From Verrucomicrobiales bacterium (GTDB taxonomy: Bacteria; Verrucomicrobiota; Verrucomicrobiia; Verrucomicrobiales; V1-33), in NCBI GenBank assembly GCA_031411295.1, contig JANOAV010000215.1:1-64000 (forward strand): 64,000 nt of DNA, read 5' to 3'. Position numbers and translations under genes: made by a program. The notes beneath the pieces are model-generated. The model searched no databases. It was given only the letters and a program-made list of their open reading frames with translations, and was not told the DNA's origin. Positions within the stretch are counted from its first letter, which is position 1. Every line of letters begins with the position of its first letter. Shown here piece after piece: positions 59,331 through 64,000 of this stretch.

Positions 59331-61817
59331 TTAGGGGAGAGCCGATTTGATGGTTCTCAGTTCAGGCTGAGTGGTGGCAGCTTCAATCTCTTTTATGGCA
59401 TTCTCAACAGCGGAAACGCGGCGTTGGTTCAGTTCCCCGCCGGGAAATTCTTTGTCCTTCACTTGTTGATTAAACATGTCGATGAGTTCCTTCATTTTCG
59501 GAATGGCACTCTGGGCCGCTTTGCCGTAAGTGGCGATGGCTTTCATGATTTCTCCTGTGCGGCTTTCGCTGCCATGGCCGCCTTGGGTCTTGGCAAAATC
59601 AATCCCGGCCTCGATCCCTTCTTGGAAAAAGTATTTGGTCAGCGCCTTGAAGCCGCCCATGCGGATTTCGTTACCGAACATGGTGTCGGCAGGACTGGGA
59701 GTTTTCACGGCAGCGAAGATATCCGGGGCCAGCGTGACCACGTCTTCGGCCGTGATTTTATGATCGAAGAATTCCTTCAGCGTGGCGCGGGCCATGCCAT
59801 CGGGATTCTGCGCTACGGCTCGCACTGCGGGATAGAGCAGTCTGGGATCGGCATCTTTCAGCGATTCCTTGAGGGGACCGGAAAATACCGCTGCTGCCAG
59901 TTGGCCATGGGCGATCTGCACTGGGTCCGCCCAATTGATGGGGCGCACGGGTTCGGCTGTTTGCACAACTGCTTTAAGGATGTCAGCCAATGCAGGTTTG
60001 GCGGTGCCTCCCATTTTCTTGATGGCCTGCGCGGCCTTGTAACGCACCCAGCGATCTTGGTGAGACAGTTGTTTTACCAAGACTGGAAGCGCCTCGGCGG
60101 TGTTGAGCAGGCCAAGGGCCTCACAGGCACCCTGGATGATGTGAGGATCGTTGCCTCCCGCGAGAGTGATCAATTCCGCCGTCATCGATTTCGCTTCAGG
60201 CCGCTTCGCCAACTCATCGGCGGCCCAACTGCGCACGATGGGAGACCAGTCGCTAAAGGAGGCTACTAGCTCCTTGGGAGACTTTTGCTGGCGGTCCAAA
60301 TCAAAGCGTCCTGATGCAATGGCGGCCGGCACTTCCGTTTTGCTGAGCCAGCCCGCAGGATTCGCGTCCCGTCCGGTAATGGACAATTTCTTCAGCGGCA
60401 TAGCATAGGTGAGGACATAAGTGGCGGTCGGGCTCAGGCCGCTGTAGCTACTATTCCCGTAGTAGGTTCCATCGTCCGTATTGCCGGCTCCGTATTGTTC
60501 GCCACCGTCATAGGTAAATGATCCGTCCGAGCGACGCACGAGATCCAAGTGCCAGGAAGCTTCCTTGATAAATGCGGCCGCAGCCGCCGGACCACCCGCG
60601 TTGGCCCCCAGCGCGCTCCAGAGATAGCTGAAGCCCTGTCCGGTGTGACCGCATTCCCGGCTGTTGTAGCCTGCGGTCGCCACCTGCGCGAAGAATTTGG
60701 TTTCCTTGGGTTTGTTGCCCTGCACTGCGAAAAGCAATGCGGTGATGGAGTTCTTGCCATTGTTTTCATGGTAGGGCCAGGGCTCGTGTTCGCCATAGGG
60801 GATGGCTCCTTTATCGGTGAAATAACCGAAGAAGCCAGAGGCTCGTTCAATCGCTTGATCGATCTCCGGGTCTTTGATGCCACATTTTTTGGCCATCACG
60901 ATGGAAAGGTTGGCGGGTAGTCCGGCCATGTTGACCGGACCATACGGCGGCACGGAACCGTGAAATTTCCCCTCTGGGGTCAGGGCCGCAAAGCCATGCC
61001 CAAAGGTGCCATACATCCCCTGGCCACGGGCCATGGAGAGACTGTATTCTTTGATGGCGTGAAGGACTTCCTTATCACCCGTGATGAGGAAATATTCGCA
61101 GAGGAACAAATTGCGATACCCGAGTTCCCACGTTGCTCCGTTGGTCTTCTGGCTGAGATCAAGATCGGTGGGGGCGAGTTTATGCGCCAGTTCTTTGAGG
61201 CGGGGCAGATACTCGGCATTGCCCGTGGCCAGCAGGGCGAGACCGTTCAGGGGAGCGGCCCAGCCCCGGTCGAGTTTCTCCTGCTCCAAGACCTTGCAGG
61301 CGGCTTCGAAGATGCGTTTGGACTTTGGACAATTCCAAGGGGCAGTTGCCGCATACGTTCCCATGACCGCTAGTTTGAGTTGCACCTCAGTGGTTTTGCC
61401 GCCGCGGGAAATGGTGAGCTTCAAGAGGCCCTTGCTGGCTTCCTTTTCTGCGTCCTGGATCGCCTTGGCCATGCTCTTGCGGGCATCATCGCTGAAGGGT
61501 TTGCCAGCAACTCCAAGGATGACATCATCCACCTGAACGATGCCATCCCCAGGCGATTTGGCCCCGACGTGTGTCACCAAAATTTGGCGACTCGCCAGCG
61601 TGGTGCGGCCTTGGAGGCTGTCCAGATAGTTGGCTGGCTTGGTGTAGATCCAGCCTCGCAGGCCAGTGGCCCCGAGATTGTAAGTGGATTTGCGATCCAC
61701 CGCACTGGTGTCCTGCGTCAGGTCTGGCGCAGTTTTCGGCGGTTCCTTGGCCTTGGTTTCGCCAATGAGCAGGGCCATGGCAGTGAGGCTGAGCAGATAA
61801 TTCGGATGGAGCTTCAT
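59331..61817 (-). CDS. DUF6288-like protein with PDZ and HEAT repeats
   Basis: YNLGATGLRGW, SPGDG PDZ, GTFGHG, GAIPYGEH, GHTGQGF. Confidence 0.75.
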   Translation of the reverse strand: MKLHPNYLLSLTAMALLIGETKAKEPPKTAPDLTQDTSAVDRKSTYNLGATGLRGWIYTKPANYLDSLQGRTTLASRQILVTHVGAKSPGDGIVQVDDVILGVAGKPFSDDARKSMAKAIQDAEKEASKGLLKLTISRGGKTTEVQLKLAVMGTYAATAPWNCPKSKRIFEAACKVLEQEKLDRGWAAPLNGLALLATGNAEYLPRLKELAHKLAPTDLDLSQKTNGATWELGYRNLFLCEYFLITGDKEVLHAIKEYSLSMARGQGMYGTFGHGFAALTPEGKFHGSVPPYGPVNMAGLPANLSIVMAKKCGIKDPEIDQAIERASGFFGYFTDKGAIPYGEHEPWPYHENNGKNSITALLFAVQGNKPKETKFFAQVATAGYNSRECGHTGQGFSYLWSALGANAGGPAAAAAFIKEASWHLDLVRRSDGSFTYDGGEQYGAGNTDDGTYYGNSSYSGLSPTATYVLTYAMPLKKLSITGRDANPAGWLSKTEVPAAIASGRFDLDRQQKSPKELVASFSDWSPIVRSWAADELAKRPEAKSMTAELITLAGGNDPHIIQGACEALGLLNTAEALPVLVKQLSHQDRWVRYKAAQAIKKMGGTAKPALADILKAVVQTAEPVRPINWADPVQIAHGQLAAAVFSGPLKESLKDADPRLLYPAVRAVAQNPDGMARATLKEFFDHKITAEDVVTLAPDIFAAVKTPSPADTMFGNEIRMGGFKALTKYFFQEGIEAGIDFAKTQGGHGSESRTGEIMKAIATYGKAAQSAIPKMKELIDMFNQQVKDKEFPGGELNQRRVSAVENAIKEIEAATTQPELRTIKSALP

Positions 61818-61846
61818 AAGTGGGTTTCTGGGAAAAATTTGTGTTA

Positions 61847-62809
61847 TTATTGCTTCAACAAAGTCAGCATGCCTTTAGCCATGGCATCGCCCACCAGAAA
61901 ATAGGTTTCCGCGTTGCCGAACTCGTGGTGACCATGGCTGGGATTTGGTGAGTCCTCGGCTTTGCGCACGAAATCACGGGTGGGGACGAACCGGACCGTG
62001 CCAGCGAACTCTGGTTTTGCCGCCACGGCTTCCTGCGCCTTTCTGATGGTTAGTGCGGCGGTTGGCAAATCCTTCCCGTCCTTTAACCAAGGGCCGGTAA
62101 ATTCCCCCACGACGACGGGCAGCTTGGGGGATTGCAGATCTTTGCGGACGTCGTTGATGAGATTCACCAAATTTTGGCCATACACCGGCACCATTTTTTC
62201 ATCGCAAAAATCGTTCCAACCATGCCACCACACAAAACCCGCCAATTCATACCCGTCTTGGACTTTGTAGGTAGGGAAATTCTCCTTCAGTTTGGCCATG
62301 GCTTCACGAATCTGCGCGATCATCAGGGTGTAGTAGGGGCCGACAGTGCCGCCAGAACTGGGGGGACGAAAGTCCCGATCCAAGCTCTTGCCGCCCCAGG
62401 CGGTCTTGATCAGCAGCACTTGCTCTGACAAGGCATCTCCCAGGACGTGGCCAAACTGTAGCTCGGCCCCGAAATGGTGCACATCGCCATACACGGAAAA
62501 TCCGCAGGCCAGCGGACCTTTGAGCAAGGGCGATTTCTCCCGTTGATAGCTCACCCAGACATCATCCCGCACGGTCCATTTTCCCTTGGCATCCTGCAGG
62601 TGTTTAAACATGGGTCCCTTCACAGGATCCTTCAGCAGCGTGGCCAGCGTGCCGCGTCCTTCATTGTAATCCTTACCGGTGAGATCCACCACTGCTTGCC
62701 CCTCCATGTTGGATTGGCCCGCTAGGATAAACACCTTGAGCGGTGCGCTAACAGCTGCGCTGGCAAGCAGTGCGAGACTGAACAAAAGGCAAGTTAAAGG
62801 TCGTTTCAT
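61847..62809 (-). CDS. Sialate O-acetylesterase (SASA/SGNH) family protein
   Basis: KVFILAGQSNMEG, KTAWGGKSL, WWHGWND, HH; signal peptide. Confidence 0.9.
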   Translation of the reverse strand: MKRPLTCLLFSLALLASAAVSAPLKVFILAGQSNMEGQAVVDLTGKDYNEGRGTLATLLKDPVKGPMFKHLQDAKGKWTVRDDVWVSYQREKSPLLKGPLACGFSVYGDVHHFGAELQFGHVLGDALSEQVLLIKTAWGGKSLDRDFRPPSSGGTVGPYYTLMIAQIREAMAKLKENFPTYKVQDGYELAGFVWWHGWNDFCDEKMVPVYGQNLVNLINDVRKDLQSPKLPVVVGEFTGPWLKDGKDLPTAALTIRKAQEAVAAKPEFAGTVRFVPTRDFVRKAEDSPNPSHGHHEFGNAETYFLVGDAMAKGMLTLLKQ

Positions 62810-63304
62810 CGTAGGGTAGCCGCTCAAGTTTGAGGTTATGGAGCGATGTTGATCGAAATGAGATATGGTCAGAGTGTCAACATAAATTCCACCACGCTTG
62901 CTGTTGTTCGCCTCCTCCGTGCATGCGCCGATGATCCACGACATTTCCTCTGGAGTGCCGAACCAACCGCAAGTAGTTGAACGCGACTCCTGCGTGCCGG
63001 CTGAACCGTTGCCGCGAGATGGGGACTCATTAACATCCGCATCGGTATTCACTGTATCATGGTGATGGAAGCTGCCATCGGGCTTTCGGAAAGATAAATG
63101 TGGAGATCGTTACCAAATAACGTTGTCATGGACTGTCGCCTATCGGGTTACGGACTGAAGTCGTCTGAATTCCATAACGGCAACAGAGGCATGCTCGGGC
63201 CTGAATAGAAAAAACCATGCAAATTTTGCGCTCGAATTTTCTGGCGAAGGCGGCTTTTTGGTCTAGGATAGGATTGTGAAACTCTCCGCCACCATCTCGG
63301 CACA

Positions 63305-64000
63305 ATGCCCGCCGCCTCCAACCCAGACTCCAATGAATCCGGTTCTCAACCCGAATCCGTGGGGGAACCAAACTTCACACCTCAAAACCCCAAGACAAGC
63401 CAAAGGAGGCAAAGGAAAACAGCCGACAAAAGTGCAGCCGAAGATTTCCCCCTTGATGACCGGGCGGGAGTTTGCGGAATTGATCTCAGCGCAGCCCGAG
63501 GTCTCCTCGGAAGAGTTCTGGGCCGATGTGGAAGCGAGCATTGGACAGCCCTTGAATTTGGTTCGCAAAGAGATCGGGAAATAGCCTGCCTGGAAGACTG
63601 GGCGAGAGACGTGGGAGCATGGTTGGAGCCGAAAGGCAGATTGCTCTGGGACACGAGTGATAAGTTTGGAGAACATCATTTGCGGTTTCTAAATAAGCGC
63701 GTTTTCAAGGCGACGAAACGGCACGAGAACTCGCAGACGCTGCGTTTCGGAATCTACCCGTTTTTTTCCGGCAGGGCGCAACAGAACCCAGCTGAGCAGA
63801 TCCACATGGGATCGGGGACTCCGTTTCAGTATTTGGCTAGGCTGGAGTTGTTGAACGACTGGTGTGGCCCGATGGAAGAGGTATCTGCATTGACCCGATT
63901 GGAGGGATTTATCAGAGTGAACGGAGAGTTTTCCATCATCACGTCTCAGCCTCGATTCGTAAGGGATCGGCACCTTGAAGAACCGGAAATTTCCGCATGG
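63305..64000 (+). CDS. Polyvalent-protein-type Ser/Thr/Tyr kinase domain protein, runs off the window edge
   Basis: Hand-translated open frame from ATG 63305: E..CLEDWAR, GEHH, RVFKAT, TPFQYLARL..LN, LEG, ITSQP; true start uncertain. Confidence 0.7.
   Translation, partial: MPAASNPDSNESGSQPESVGEPNFTPQNPKTSQRRQRKTADKSAAEDFPLDDRAGVCGIDLSAARGLLGRVLGRCGSEHWTALEFGSQRDREIACLEDWARDVGAWLEPKGRLLWDTSDKFGEHHLRFLNKRVFKATKRHENSQTLRFGIYPFFSGRAQQNPAEQIHMGSGTPFQYLARLELLNDWCGPMEEVSALTRLEGFIRVNGEFSIITSQPRFVRDRHLEEPEISAW
63333..63584 (+). CDS. Small ORF nested in another frame of the kinase gene, candidate antitoxin
   Basis: 83 aa (or 42 aa from ATG 63456) with acidic helix MTGREFAELISAQPEVSSEEFWADVEASIG. Confidence 0.5.
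   Translation: MNPVLNPNPWGNQTSHLKTPRQAKGGKGKQPTKVQPKISPLMTGREFAELISAQPEVSSEEFWADVEASIGQPLNLVRKEIGK

Noticed and set aside
62810..63304. Upstream extension of the SASA ORF and short ORFs
   Set aside because: Signal peptide begins at 62809; no recognisable motifs in the other frames

Overview
64 kb of GC-rich bacterial chromosome, most likely Verrucomicrobiota (inferred from PVC-type membrane-bound dehydrogenases, an H-X9-DG prepilin-like protein, DUF1552, DUF6288-like, DUF1080 and W-x3-DP repeat proteins). Housekeeping content: RNase P RNA (rnpB) with terminator, accA, rsmD, rlmI- and rlmM-like methyltransferases, LOG, dCMP deaminase, a CoA transferase and an amidase. Many secreted or carbohydrate-related genes are present: two PelB-like TPR/barrel genes, an FN3-cyclophilin, GH5, sulfatase, a SASA esterase and an SDR-ROK-SIS-DUF1080 operon. 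Best leads: (1) 13.7-15.7 kb, two overlapping short ORFs for secreted D-[VI]-x-P peptides (one absent from the ORF track) divergent from a His-motif membrane enzyme and a small Glu/His membrane protein, a candidate peptide-modification system; (2) a polyvalent-protein-type kinase at the right edge with a small ORF nested in another frame, toxin-antitoxin-like; (3) a secreted His/Cys-rich peptide divergent from an ABCD/YddA-like transporter whose ATPase motifs are all degenerate; (4) a ~135 bp MITE-like insertion with perfect 16-bp terminal inverted repeats, 14-bp flanking direct repeats and internal REP-like hairpins; (5) a decayed islet with an internally deleted vapC, a probable antitoxin and an IS66 fragment. 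All family calls come from motif recognition by eye, not database searches.
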